Of a stretch of DNA of 64,000 nucleotides, positions 53,126 to 62,477 are shown piece by piece. The first letter of the stretch is position 1, and each line of letters opens with the position of its first letter. A program made the translations under genes and the position numbers. The DNA is from Microthrixaceae bacterium (GTDB lineage Bacteria; Actinomycetota; Acidimicrobiia; Acidimicrobiales; Acidimicrobilacustridaceae): contig CANFHM010000007.1 of NCBI GenBank assembly GCA_947446975.1, positions 7,459 through 71,458 on the forward strand, given 5' to 3'. The notes under the pieces were generated by a model. The model was not told where the DNA came from and did no database searches. It saw only the letters and a program-made list of their open reading frames with translations.

Positions 53126-53815
53126 ATGTCTGCGGTGCTGCGTGTGCTCGCCCTCGTCGCCGCCCTCTCCTGCACGCTCGCCGCCGCTCCCGCCGCCAGC
53201 GCCCGCTCGGTCACCGGCGAGTACACCCCTGCTGCAGTGCTCACCACCGATGCGCCCGCCGTGCTCATCAGCCCCGAGGCCGGCGCCGGGCCGCGCTCCT
53301 CCGAGGCTGAGCCGGTGATCATCGCCCCGCTCATCGAGGCCCCCGCTCCCGCTGCTCCGGAGACCGCAGAGGACGCCGCTCCCGCCGCAGCCGTCGCCGA
53401 TGTCCCGGCCGCTGCTCCTGCCCCTGCCCCCGGCCCGGATCCGCGCCAGGTCGCCATCGCCACCGCCATCGAGGCCGCCCGCTCGAAGCTCGGCGCCCCC
53501 TATGCCTACGGCTCTGCCGGCCCGTACGCCTTCGACTGCTCCGGTTTCACCCGCTGGGTCTACCTCCAGGCCGGCATCGAGCTCCCGCACTTCAGCGGCG
53601 CCCAATGGGCCGGCACCGTCCACATCCCGCTCGATGAACTGCAGCCCGGCGATCTCGTCTTCGACTGGGGCTTCGGGGGCGGTGCACCGGATCATGTCGG
53701 CCTGTACATCGGCGACGGCATGATGATCCACGCTCCCAACGGCGGCGGATCCGTGCGCTACGACAGCATCTGGTGGTGGACGGGCGCCACTGTCGCCGCC
53801 GGCCGTCTCCCCTGA
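53126..53815 (+). CDS. Secreted NlpC/P60 peptidoglycan peptidase (start uncertain, 53066 possible)
   Basis: Signal peptide, Ala/Pro linker, FDCSG..HVGLY..IHA. Confidence 0.88.
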   Translation: MSAVLRVLALVAALSCTLAAAPAASARSVTGEYTPAAVLTTDAPAVLISPEAGAGPRSSEAEPVIIAPLIEAPAPAAPETAEDAAPAAAVADVPAAAPAPAPGPDPRQVAIATAIEAARSKLGAPYAYGSAGPYAFDCSGFTRWVYLQAGIELPHFSGAQWAGTVHIPLDELQPGDLVFDWGFGGGAPDHVGLYIGDGMMIHAPNGGGSVRYDSIWWWTGATVAAGRLP

Positions 53816-53873
53816 TCCGCCGGCCATCCCCCTCGTCCGCCCGACGACCCTCCGGATGTAGGTTCTGGCCGTC

Positions 53874-54527
53874 ATGAGCTCCGCATCCGCCGCCGAACCG
53901 CTCGACCTCGTCGTCAGCGGACCCGCCGACGCCGATCGTCTGCTGTTCCTGCTGCCCGGGTTCGACGACCGCCCCGAGCGATTCCTCTCCCGGGCGATGA
54001 TGTTCGACCCCGAGGGGATCTGGCGCATCGTCTCACCCCGCCCACGGCTGCAGCTCGAGACCGGCATCGCCTGGTACCGGGTGGATGACGAGGGAGCCGA
54101 CCTCGACGGCGTGGCCGCCAGTGTCGCCGCCGTCGACGCCGCGATGGCCGCCGCCCTCGCCGACAGCGGCCTGACCCCGGATCGACTCGTGCTCGGCGGG
54201 TTCTCCCAGGGAGGTGCCCTCGCCCTGTCGGTGGCACTGGATCGCACCGTCACCACGCGCCCCCGCGCCATCGCCGCCATCTCCCCGTACCTGCTCCACC
54301 GTGACGAGATCGACGCCGATCGTGTGGCGGGGGTCCCGGCGCTCATCGTCCACGGCCGCCACGACACCCAGGTCGAGCAGACCCGCGGCCGGGCGGCGGC
54401 GAAGTTCCTCGAACGATCGGGGGCGGAGGTCACCTGGGTGGATGTGGAGGGCGGCCACCATCTCGGGCCGGTGCTGCTCGAACCGCTCGGCGAGTGGCTC
54501 GGCGGACTCGATCTCGGGCCGATCTGA
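53874..54527 (+). CDS. Phospholipase/carboxylesterase (alpha/beta hydrolase)
   Basis: GFSQG, HGRHD, GGH. Confidence 0.85.
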   Translation: MSSASAAEPLDLVVSGPADADRLLFLLPGFDDRPERFLSRAMMFDPEGIWRIVSPRPRLQLETGIAWYRVDDEGADLDGVAASVAAVDAAMAAALADSGLTPDRLVLGGFSQGGALALSVALDRTVTTRPRAIAAISPYLLHRDEIDADRVAGVPALIVHGRHDTQVEQTRGRAAAKFLERSGAEVTWVDVEGGHHLGPVLLEPLGEWLGGLDLGPI

Positions 54528-54583
54528 CCTCCGACGGGGATCGGGGCAAGGATGCAGGCAGGACACGACCAGCGAGAGATCCC

Positions 54584-55156
54584 ATGACCACACCCGTGCA
54601 GCCCGCAGCGTCACCCCAACCCCGCACCGACATCTACTTCCGCATCAGACGGGCGGCTCCGGTGCTCGTGGTGCTGTTCTGTGCCGGCATCCTCGTGACC
54701 GTCGCCGTCATCCATCCCTTCACCAAACCACCGGTGTCGATCGAGGTGCGCACCCCGCTGGTGGCCTCCGAGGGCGACCCCACCGCTGCCTACGTCGTGC
54801 TGCACAACGGTGGTGGTTCCGATGTGCTGCTGAGCGCATCCACTCCCGCCGCCGCCACCGTGGTGCTGCAGCAGTGGCAGACCTCCCAGCCCGCCGACGG
54901 CACCGCCACCGTCGGCCATCCCGTCACCGTCGACCATCTCGACGTCCCCGGGTTCGGTGATCTCCGGATGCAGCCCGGTGGCGATCAGCTCCTGCTGAGC
55001 GGCCTCGTCGAGCCGCTGCGGGTCGGACAGACCATCCCGCTCACCCTCGTGTTCCAGCGGTCCGGCACCCGGACCGTGCAGGCCGAGGCCCAGACCTATG
55101 ACACCATCGCCGACCGACTGCTGCCGCCGCGGCTCAAGGTGTCGAACGGCGGCTGA
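54584..55156 (+). CDS. PCuAC copper-chaperone-like membrane protein
   Basis: One TM; AAYVVLHNGG..DVLL, QPGG..LLLSGL..PLRVGQTIPLTLVF. Confidence 0.7.
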   Translation: MTTPVQPAASPQPRTDIYFRIRRAAPVLVVLFCAGILVTVAVIHPFTKPPVSIEVRTPLVASEGDPTAAYVVLHNGGGSDVLLSASTPAAATVVLQQWQTSQPADGTATVGHPVTVDHLDVPGFGDLRMQPGGDQLLLSGLVEPLRVGQTIPLTLVFQRSGTRTVQAEAQTYDTIADRLLPPRLKVSNGG

Positions 55157-56646
55157 TGATCTCTCGTCGGCGATCCCCGGCACTGGCGATCCTCGCCGGG
55201 GCGCTGCTGGCGGCGGCGGTCCCGCCGTTCGGCTGGTGGCCCACCGCGTTCATCGGCGTGGCGATCTGGGATCGGCTCCTCGCCGGGGCGCCACCGCGGG
55301 CCCGTTTCCTGCGCTCGTTCCTCATGGCGGTGGCCTGGTTCGCCCCCACCATGCTGTGGATGGTCGATCTGACCGCCATCGGGTATCCGGTCGCCGTCAT
55401 CGTGTACTCCTCGATGGTGGGCGTGGCCGGGCTCGCCGTTCCCGGGCGGGCTGATCGGAGCTGGATCCGCTGGATCGCCGTGCCCGCCGCATTCACGCTC
55501 GCCGAGATCACCCGCTGGACCCTGCCGTTCGGTGGGGTCCCGCTGGCCACCACAGCCATGAGCCAGGCAGCCGCCCCGCTCGGCCAGATCGCCCGGGTGC
55601 TGTGCGCCATCGGCGTCGTGTTCGCGGTGGCCGTCGTGGGCGTGGCGCTCTCGGCGGCATGGGAGCGTCGATGGGCCGTCGCGTGCGGGTCACTGGCCGG
55701 TGTCGTGGCGCTGCTGGGTTTCGCCATGGTGGCGCCCCGCGGCCATCAGGTGGGTGAGCTCCGCGTCGCCGTGGTGCAGGGCGGTGGCCCCCAGGGCACC
55801 CATGCCGCCACCTCCGATGCCCGGGCCGTGTTCCGCCGCCATCTCGACGCCAGTGAGGCGATCCACACCCCGGTCGATCTGGTGGTGTGGCCGGAGAACG
55901 TGGTCGACGTGGAGGGGCCCATCGGCGCCAATCCCGAGGGTTCGGCGCTGTCGGCACTGGCCGAGAAGCTCGACACCACGCTCGTGGCCGGGGTCACCGA
56001 GGGAGTCGACCCGCGGACCTTCACCAACGTGGCTCAGGTGTACCTCCCCGATGGTTCGGCCGGCGATCGCTACGAGAAGGTCCGCCGGGTGCCGTTCGGT
56101 GAGTACGTCCCGATGCGGACGTTCATCGAATGGGCCGCCGGGGCCGACAGCGGATTGCCCGCGCGGGATGCACAGATCGGCACCGGCCCCGCCGTGCTGC
56201 ACACCCCGGCCGGTCCGCTGGCCGTGGCCATCTCCTGGGAGATCTTCTTCACCAACCGCGGCCGGGACGGCGTCCTGCACGGCGGCGAGCTCCTGCTGAA
56301 CCCCACCAACGGCTCGAGCTACTGGCTCACCGAGGTGCAGTCGCAGCAGGTGGCCTCCAGCCGGCTGCGGGCCATCGAGAACGACCGCTGGGTGCTGCAG
56401 GCCGCCCCGACCGGGTTCAGCGCCATCGTCGACCCCTCCGGCGGCCTGGTGGCCCGCACCGACATCTCCGAGCGGGCCGTGCTCGAGCACACCGTGGGCG
56501 AGCGATCCGGTGACACCATCGCCACCAGGATCGGCCCGAACCCCATGGTGGTGGTCTCGATCCTGCTCGTGGTGCTGGCCTGGTGGCTGGCGCTGGGACG
56601 CCCGATCCCGGGCCGGCGACGCCCGTCGGGGTCCCGCTCATCTTGA
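55156..56646 (+). CDS. lnt: Apolipoprotein N-acyltransferase
   Basis: PFGG.P, VVQGG, WPEN, YEK..VPFGEY, RLRAIE; nucleophile position reads ISWE. Confidence 0.88.
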   Translation: MISRRRSPALAILAGALLAAAVPPFGWWPTAFIGVAIWDRLLAGAPPRARFLRSFLMAVAWFAPTMLWMVDLTAIGYPVAVIVYSSMVGVAGLAVPGRADRSWIRWIAVPAAFTLAEITRWTLPFGGVPLATTAMSQAAAPLGQIARVLCAIGVVFAVAVVGVALSAAWERRWAVACGSLAGVVALLGFAMVAPRGHQVGELRVAVVQGGGPQGTHAATSDARAVFRRHLDASEAIHTPVDLVVWPENVVDVEGPIGANPEGSALSALAEKLDTTLVAGVTEGVDPRTFTNVAQVYLPDGSAGDRYEKVRRVPFGEYVPMRTFIEWAAGADSGLPARDAQIGTGPAVLHTPAGPLAVAISWEIFFTNRGRDGVLHGGELLLNPTNGSSYWLTEVQSQQVASSRLRAIENDRWVLQAAPTGFSAIVDPSGGLVARTDISERAVLEHTVGERSGDTIATRIGPNPMVVVSILLVVLAWWLALGRPIPGRRRPSGSRSS

Positions 56647-56680
56647 CCCATCCGGAGTGGGCGGGGAGACTTGACGACTC

Positions 56681-58057
56681 ATGTCCCCCACCGCAGATGC
56701 CCCCCGAACCTCGGGACGCACCGCTGCTGACGGCGATCTTCCGCTGCGCATCGCGTTCCTGACCTACCGCGGCAAGCCCCATGTGGGCGGCCAGGGGGTC
56801 TACACCCGCCATCTCACGAAGGCGCTCATGGATCTCGGCCACGAGGTCGAGGTGCTCAGCGGCCAGCCGTACCCGATCGTCGACCCCCGGGTCCCCCTGA
56901 TCGACCTCCCCAGTCTCGACATCTACAACGACCAGTTCCCGATGCGCCTGCCCGGACCATGGGAGATCAAGAGCCTCGGCGATCTCGTCGAGGTCGGCTC
57001 GTTCATGGGCGGGAGCTTCCCGGAGCCGCTGGCCTTCAGCGTGCGGGCGTTCCAGCATCTGCGCCGTCGGGTCAACGAGTTCGATCTCGTCCAGGACAAC
57101 CAGTGCCTCGGCTACGGACTGCTCGCCATGGAGCGCGTGGGTCTGCCGGTGCTCGCCACGATCCACCATCCCATCACCGTGGATCGTCGCCTCGAGATGG
57201 AGCACGCCGAGACCGCCTTCAAGCGGTTCTCGAAGGGTCGCTGGTACGGCTTCACCAAGATGCAGACCCGCGTCGCCTCCCGCATGCCCCGGGTCATCAC
57301 GGTGTCGCAGAACTCGCTGAAGGACATCCACGCCGATCAGAAGGTGCCGCTGGATCGACTCCATGTCGTGCCGGTGGGCGTGGATCAGGATCTCTTCAAG
57401 CCGCAGCCGCATGTGCAGCGCGTGCCGGGTCGTCTCATCACCACCGCCAGCGCCGACGTCACCATGAAGGGCCTGCGCTATCTGCTCGAGGCGGTGGCCA
57501 AGCTCCGCACGGAGCGCCATGTCGAACTCGTCGTCATCGGCCGGCTCAAGGAGGGCGGACCCTCGGCCCGCATCATCGACGAGCTCGGCCTGCGTGATGC
57601 CGTCACGTTCATCACCGGCGTCCCCGAGGAACGCATCATCGAGCTGTACTCCGAGTCCCAGCTGGCGGTCGTGCCCTCGCTGTATGAGGGCTTCTCGCTG
57701 CCGGCCATCGAGGCCATGAGCTGTGGTGTGCCCCTCGTGGCCACCACCGGTGGCGCGCTGCCCGAGGTCGTGGGGGCCGACAACGACACCGCCCTGTGCG
57801 TCCCTCCCGGCGACAGCGAGGCGCTGGCCGCCAAGATCGCCATGGCCCTCGACGATGAGGCGCTGCGCGATCGCATCGGCGCTGCCGGCCGTCAGCGAGT
57901 GATCGAGCGCTGGACCTGGCGCCACACCGCCGTCGGCACCGTGGAGCACTACCGGGCGCTGCTCGCCGAGACCGCCCATATCCAGGCCCGTCGTCCGGGC
58001 GGAGCCGGTGCTGCACCCCGGTACCAGCTCTCCCGCATCCCCACGACCGGGGCCTGA
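56681..58057 (+). CDS. GT4 glycosyltransferase (ManT-like mannosyltransferase)
   Basis: YRGKPHVGGQGVY, FPEPLAFS, PSLYEGFSLPAIEAM. Confidence 0.85.
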   Translation: MSPTADAPRTSGRTAADGDLPLRIAFLTYRGKPHVGGQGVYTRHLTKALMDLGHEVEVLSGQPYPIVDPRVPLIDLPSLDIYNDQFPMRLPGPWEIKSLGDLVEVGSFMGGSFPEPLAFSVRAFQHLRRRVNEFDLVQDNQCLGYGLLAMERVGLPVLATIHHPITVDRRLEMEHAETAFKRFSKGRWYGFTKMQTRVASRMPRVITVSQNSLKDIHADQKVPLDRLHVVPVGVDQDLFKPQPHVQRVPGRLITTASADVTMKGLRYLLEAVAKLRTERHVELVVIGRLKEGGPSARIIDELGLRDAVTFITGVPEERIIELYSESQLAVVPSLYEGFSLPAIEAMSCGVPLVATTGGALPEVVGADNDTALCVPPGDSEALAAKIAMALDDEALRDRIGAAGRQRVIERWTWRHTAVGTVEHYRALLAETAHIQARRPGGAGAAPRYQLSRIPTTGA

Positions 58058-58060
58058 ACC

Positions 58061-58825
58061 ATGCTCACCGCCGAGTACGACCGACTCGGACTCCAGGCCG
58101 GCGACCGCCTCCTCGATCTCGGCTGCGGGTTCGGCCGCCATGCCTTCGAGGCGCTTCGCCGCGGCGCAACCGTGGTGGCCTGCGACATGGCCTATCCGGA
58201 ACTCGTGCAGGTGGTGAACACCGCCGACGCCATGCGTGAGGCGGGCGAGATCGCCCCCGGCCTCTCCTGCACCTCGGTCAACGGCGACGGCACGCAGCTG
58301 CCGTTCACCGACGCCTCCTTCGATCGCATCATCGCCTCCGAGGTCATGGAGCATGTGCCCGACGACATGGCGGCCCTCGACGAACTCACCAGGGTGCTGC
58401 GTCCCGGTGGCACGATCGCCATCACCATCCCGGCCGAACTCCCCGAGAAGATCTGCTGGAAGCTCTCCGACGAGTACCACGCCCCGTTCGTGGTCGGTGG
58501 CCATGTGCGCATCTACTCCGAGTCCGAACTGCGCGAGAAGATGCGCACCGCCGGGCTCGTCCCCACCGGTTCGCATCGGGCGCATGCCCTGCACGCCCCG
58601 TACTGGTGGCTGCGCTGCGCCGTGGGTCCCACCAACGACACCAACCCGCTCGTCAAGGGCTACACCAAGCTGCTCGAGTGGGACATCATGACCGCACCGG
58701 CCATCACCCGCACCACCGAGCGACTGCTCAACCCGGTGCTGGGCAAGTCCCTGGTGGTCTACGCCACCAAGCCGGTCACCGGCACCACCACCCGCCGGAA
58801 CGCCACCGTGGGAGCATCCGCATGA
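58061..58825 (+). CDS. Class I SAM methyltransferase (candidate MMP O-methyltransferase)
   Basis: LDLGCGFGRH, SEVMEH, GGHVRIY. Confidence 0.85.
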   Translation: MLTAEYDRLGLQAGDRLLDLGCGFGRHAFEALRRGATVVACDMAYPELVQVVNTADAMREAGEIAPGLSCTSVNGDGTQLPFTDASFDRIIASEVMEHVPDDMAALDELTRVLRPGGTIAITIPAELPEKICWKLSDEYHAPFVVGGHVRIYSESELREKMRTAGLVPTGSHRAHALHAPYWWLRCAVGPTNDTNPLVKGYTKLLEWDIMTAPAITRTTERLLNPVLGKSLVVYATKPVTGTTTRRNATVGASA

Positions 58826-59910
58826 CCACCATCCCCTCCGTCGATGGCATCATCAGCGCCGAGCAGGTCCGTGCGACCGCCGAGGCCATCGCCTCCTGGC
58901 AGCTGCCCAACGGCATGATCCAGTGGTTCCCGGGAGGGCACGCCGATCCCTGGAACCATGTCGAGGCGGCCATGGCCCTCGATCTCGCCGGTCTCACCGA
59001 CGAGGCGCTGCGGGCCTACCAGTGGCTCGTCGACATCCAGCGTCCCGACGGTTCCTGGCACCAGTACTACCTGGCCGATTCCATCGAGCAGGACAAACTC
59101 GACGCCAACACCATCGCCTACATCGCCGCAGGCGTGTGGCACCACTGGCTGCTGAGCTGCGACCTCGTCTTCGTCGAGACGATGTGGCCCACCGTCGAGC
59201 GGGCCATCGACTTCGTGCTCGATCTGCAGACCCCGCGCGGCGAGATCCTCTGGGCCCGTCATGCCGATGGCACACCGTGGTCGTTCGCCCTGCTCACCGG
59301 CTCCTCGAGCATCTGCCACAGCCTGCGCTGTGCGGTCGCCATCGCCAACCTGCTCGGCCATGAGCGCCCCGACTGGGAGCTCAGCGTGTCGCGTCTGGCC
59401 CAGATCGTGCGCTCGCACTGCCTCGGTTCGGCCCCCGACGCCTTCGCCCCCAAGGCCCGCTGGGCCATGGACTGGTACTACCCCGTGCTCGGCGGCGTGC
59501 TCACCGATGATGAGGGCCGCGAACGGCTCGCCTCGCGCCGCAACACCTTCCTCGTCGAGGACCGCGGCATCCGCTGTGTGAGCGATCGTCCGTGGGTCAC
59601 CGCCGCCGAGACCTGCGAATGCCTCATGGCCGAGCTCTCGGTGGGCAACCGCGACATCGCCCTGCAGATGTTCGCCTGGGCCCAGAAGCTGCGCGATCAC
59701 GATGGCCACTACTGGACCGGCATCGTGTTCCCCGATGAGGTCCACTTCCCGGGCGACGAACGCACCACCTACACCGACGCCGCCGTGATCCTCGCCGCCG
59801 ATGCACTGAGCCGAACCTCGGCCGCCTCGGGCCTGTTCATCGACCACCATGCGCTGCCGCCGCTGGTCGATCTCGACACCGACACCCCGATCGACGATCA
59901 CGCCGACTGA
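58822..59910 (+). CDS. (alpha/alpha)-barrel protein of the 'prenyltransferase' annotation class, MmpH-like hydrolase
   Basis: GHADPWNHVEAAMAL, MDWYYPVL, PWVTAAETCE; start overlaps the upstream stop. Confidence 0.75.
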   Translation: MTTIPSVDGIISAEQVRATAEAIASWQLPNGMIQWFPGGHADPWNHVEAAMALDLAGLTDEALRAYQWLVDIQRPDGSWHQYYLADSIEQDKLDANTIAYIAAGVWHHWLLSCDLVFVETMWPTVERAIDFVLDLQTPRGEILWARHADGTPWSFALLTGSSSICHSLRCAVAIANLLGHERPDWELSVSRLAQIVRSHCLGSAPDAFAPKARWAMDWYYPVLGGVLTDDEGRERLASRRNTFLVEDRGIRCVSDRPWVTAAETCECLMAELSVGNRDIALQMFAWAQKLRDHDGHYWTGIVFPDEVHFPGDERTTYTDAAVILAADALSRTSAASGLFIDHHALPPLVDLDTDTPIDDHAD

Positions 59911-59922
59911 TCCCGCCTCGGG

Positions 59923-60549
59923 TCAGTCGTGGACCCGACGCAGCACCCGCAACGAGCCGGTGGCCGACACCTCGACGAAGTCACCGGACTCGATGGCCCG
60001 GCAGTAGATCTCGAACGGCGGGCGTCCGCCGTCGGCCGGATCGGGGAACACATCGTGGATGGCCAGCAGACCGCCCCGTTCCACCCATGGCGTCCAGAGC
60101 TCGAAATCCCGATGGGCCGGCTCAGAACCATGCCCGCCGTCGATGAACAGGAACGACAGCGGGATCTGCCAGTGGCGACCGAGCGTGGGTGAATCGCCGA
60201 CGACGGCGATGACCGTGCTCTCGAGACCGGCGTCGTGGATCGTGCGACGGAAATGCGGCAGCGTGTCGATGCGACCGACGGACGGGTCGACGAGATCGGG
60301 CTCATGCCATTCCCAGCCCGGCTGGTTCTCCTCCGAACCGCGGTGATGGTCGAGGGCGAACAGGACGGTGGCCCGCTCCTGGGCGGCCGCACCGAGGTAG
60401 ATGCCGGACTTGCCGCAGTAGCTGCCGATCTCGAGCATCGGCGAGCCCCCGACGGGCACCGTGGCGGCGGCATCGTGCAGCGCCAGACCCTCGTCGGGGG
60501 GCATGAAGCCACGAGCGGCCTCGGCGGCACGGCGGAGGTTGGGGTTCAT
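59923..60549 (-). CDS. Methyltransf_24-type SAM methyltransferase (MeT1-like)
   Basis: GFMPPDEG, EIGSYCGKS, DHHRGSEE, IDGGH, IHDVF. Confidence 0.85.
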   Translation of the reverse strand: MNPNLRRAAEAARGFMPPDEGLALHDAAATVPVGGSPMLEIGSYCGKSGIYLGAAAQERATVLFALDHHRGSEENQPGWEWHEPDLVDPSVGRIDTLPHFRRTIHDAGLESTVIAVVGDSPTLGRHWQIPLSFLFIDGGHGSEPAHRDFELWTPWVERGGLLAIHDVFPDPADGGRPPFEIYCRAIESGDFVEVSATGSLRVLRRVHD

Positions 60550-60606
60550 CGGGATCCTGTCGGGGTCGGGGTGGGCTCGGGGTGGGCTCGGGCCGGATCG
60601 GCGAGC

Positions 60607-61095
60607 TCAGGCGGGATCAGGGGTGTCGTCCTCGTAGACCTCGACATGGAACAGCTTGTCGAGGACGAAGAACCGCACCACCCACAGGATGCCGAACGCC
60701 ACCAGCTGCACGAAGCCGACCGCCAGCTTGTCCTGGGTGAAGTGCTTGAGGATCCAGATGGCGAGGCTCGAGAGCGCCAGACCGGCGAGGGTGAATCCCC
60801 AGAACGGCGCCACCTCCTTGCGCATATGGCTCTTGCCCGTCTTGCCCCAGACCCACGAACGGTTCATGTAGTACGCCGGGATGGAGGAGATCCCGACGGC
60901 CAGCACATTGGCCCACACCGGCCCGAAGGCGCCCTGGAGCGCGAACAGCAGCGCCTGCCCGACCACCACGTTGACGGCGGCCACGAGGCAGTAGCGCAGA
61001 CCCTTGGTGCGCACGAGGCCGACGATATGACCGATGGTGCCGGTGGGTTCCGGCATCGGGGTGATCACATGCTCGGCGGGAGCGTCGGGACTCAT
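60607..61095 (-). CDS. GtrA-family membrane protein
   Basis: 4 TM, AYYMNRSWVW, RFFVLDKLF. Confidence 0.75.
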   Translation of the reverse strand: MSPDAPAEHVITPMPEPTGTIGHIVGLVRTKGLRYCLVAAVNVVVGQALLFALQGAFGPVWANVLAVGISSIPAYYMNRSWVWGKTGKSHMRKEVAPFWGFTLAGLALSSLAIWILKHFTQDKLAVGFVQLVAFGILWVVRFFVLDKLFHVEVYEDDTPDPA

Positions 61096-61207
61096 CGGTG
61101 CACCTCATCCGTCCGTGTGTCGCATCGACCTCGGCGGTCGACGTCATGCTGCTCGACGGCGCCCGATCACACTACTTCCGGCACCATGGCCGAGCGGTTC
61201 GGTCAGG

Positions 61208-62398
61208 TCACTCGATGAGGGCATTGGCGCGGGCCACCCGGCCCAGCCATTCGCCGCTGGGCTTCACGATGCGTCGCTGGGTACTGCGGTCCACGTCGAT
61301 GATGCCGAAGCGCGGGCGGTACCCGAAGCACCATTCGAAGTTGTCGAGGAGGCTCCAGTACGTGTAGCCGCGCACGTCGATGCCGTCGGCGAGACAGGCG
61401 AGCACCCCTTCGAGCGCCGTGTGCACGTAGCGCCGGCGCTGGTCGTCGTCATGGGTGCCGATGCCGTTCTCGGTGACCAGCAGCGAGATGGCGCCGCCGG
61501 TGTACTCCCAGGCCCGTCGGATGCAGGCCTCGAGCGCCTCCGGGTAGTACTCGTAGCCCATCTCGAGGATGTCGTAGCCGGGCTCGCCGCCGATGACACC
61601 CTTCGGGCCCACCCGCGTGCGGCTGTAGGTCTGCACCCCGAGGAAGTCGTCGCCGGCGCAGATGTCGAGGTACTGGTCCTCCATGTCGCGGCGCAGCGCG
61701 TCGAGCGCCGACAGCGCATCGGGATCATCGGCGGGCACGGCCTGATGGTCTGCCATCGAGAGCGTGAGCCCGACCGGGAAGTCGCCGGGACCGCCGCGCA
61801 GGATCGGCACCACCCGCTGATGCGCGGCGATGAAGTTGTCGGTGGCCCGCCGGTACTGATCCAGATCGCTCACACCGGGAGGGAAGAACGCCATCTGGTA
61901 CCCGATCATCGCCACGATGTTGGGCTCGTTGATCGTGCAGGCCCGGCCGATGAGATCGCCGAGCGCACCCACCGCCACCTCGCTGAAACGCAGGAACCGA
62001 TCGACGGTGCTGGCCGTGTGCCAGCCGCCCTCGGCCACCACCCAGCGCGGGGTGGTGAAGTGATGGAACGTGACCACCGGTTCGATGCCATGGGCATGAC
62101 AGGCGGCGCAGACCCGGCGGTAATGGTCGAGTGCCGCTCGTGAGAAGAGTCCGGGCTCGGGTTCGATGCGGGACCACTCGATCGAGAACCGGTAGTTGTC
62201 GAAGCCGAGCGCGGCACACAGCGCGATGTCCTGCTCGTAGAGATGCCACTGATCGACGGCGTCGCCGCTGGGTTCCTCGCACGGGGATCCCTCGGTGTGC
62301 TCCCACATCCACCAGTCGTTGTTCCAGTTGCCGCCCTCGACCTGATGCGCCGCCGTGGCGGTGCCCCATCGGAATCCTTCGGGGAAGTTCTGTGCCAT
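61208..62398 (-). CDS. Glycoside hydrolase family 1
   Basis: FPEGFRWGTATAAHQVEG, YRFSIEWSRI, TINEP, VTENG, DNFEW. Confidence 0.93.
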   Translation of the reverse strand: MAQNFPEGFRWGTATAAHQVEGGNWNNDWWMWEHTEGSPCEEPSGDAVDQWHLYEQDIALCAALGFDNYRFSIEWSRIEPEPGLFSRAALDHYRRVCAACHAHGIEPVVTFHHFTTPRWVVAEGGWHTASTVDRFLRFSEVAVGALGDLIGRACTINEPNIVAMIGYQMAFFPPGVSDLDQYRRATDNFIAAHQRVVPILRGGPGDFPVGLTLSMADHQAVPADDPDALSALDALRRDMEDQYLDICAGDDFLGVQTYSRTRVGPKGVIGGEPGYDILEMGYEYYPEALEACIRRAWEYTGGAISLLVTENGIGTHDDDQRRRYVHTALEGVLACLADGIDVRGYTYWSLLDNFEWCFGYRPRFGIIDVDRSTQRRIVKPSGEWLGRVARANALIE

Positions 62399-62477
62399 GC
62401 AGCGGACCCTAGTTTCCCGAGTCGCACGGTGACGGAGATCGGTGCGAGGGTGCCCGCCGATGTGGGAGATTGGTCGG

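Noticed and set aside
58822-59910. Terpene cyclase or hopanoid gene
   Set aside because: No DxDD motif, too short, and context fits a glycan hydrolase
60567-60592. Short direct repeat ggggtgggctc x2
   Set aside because: Two copies with no spacers; not CRISPR and no evident function
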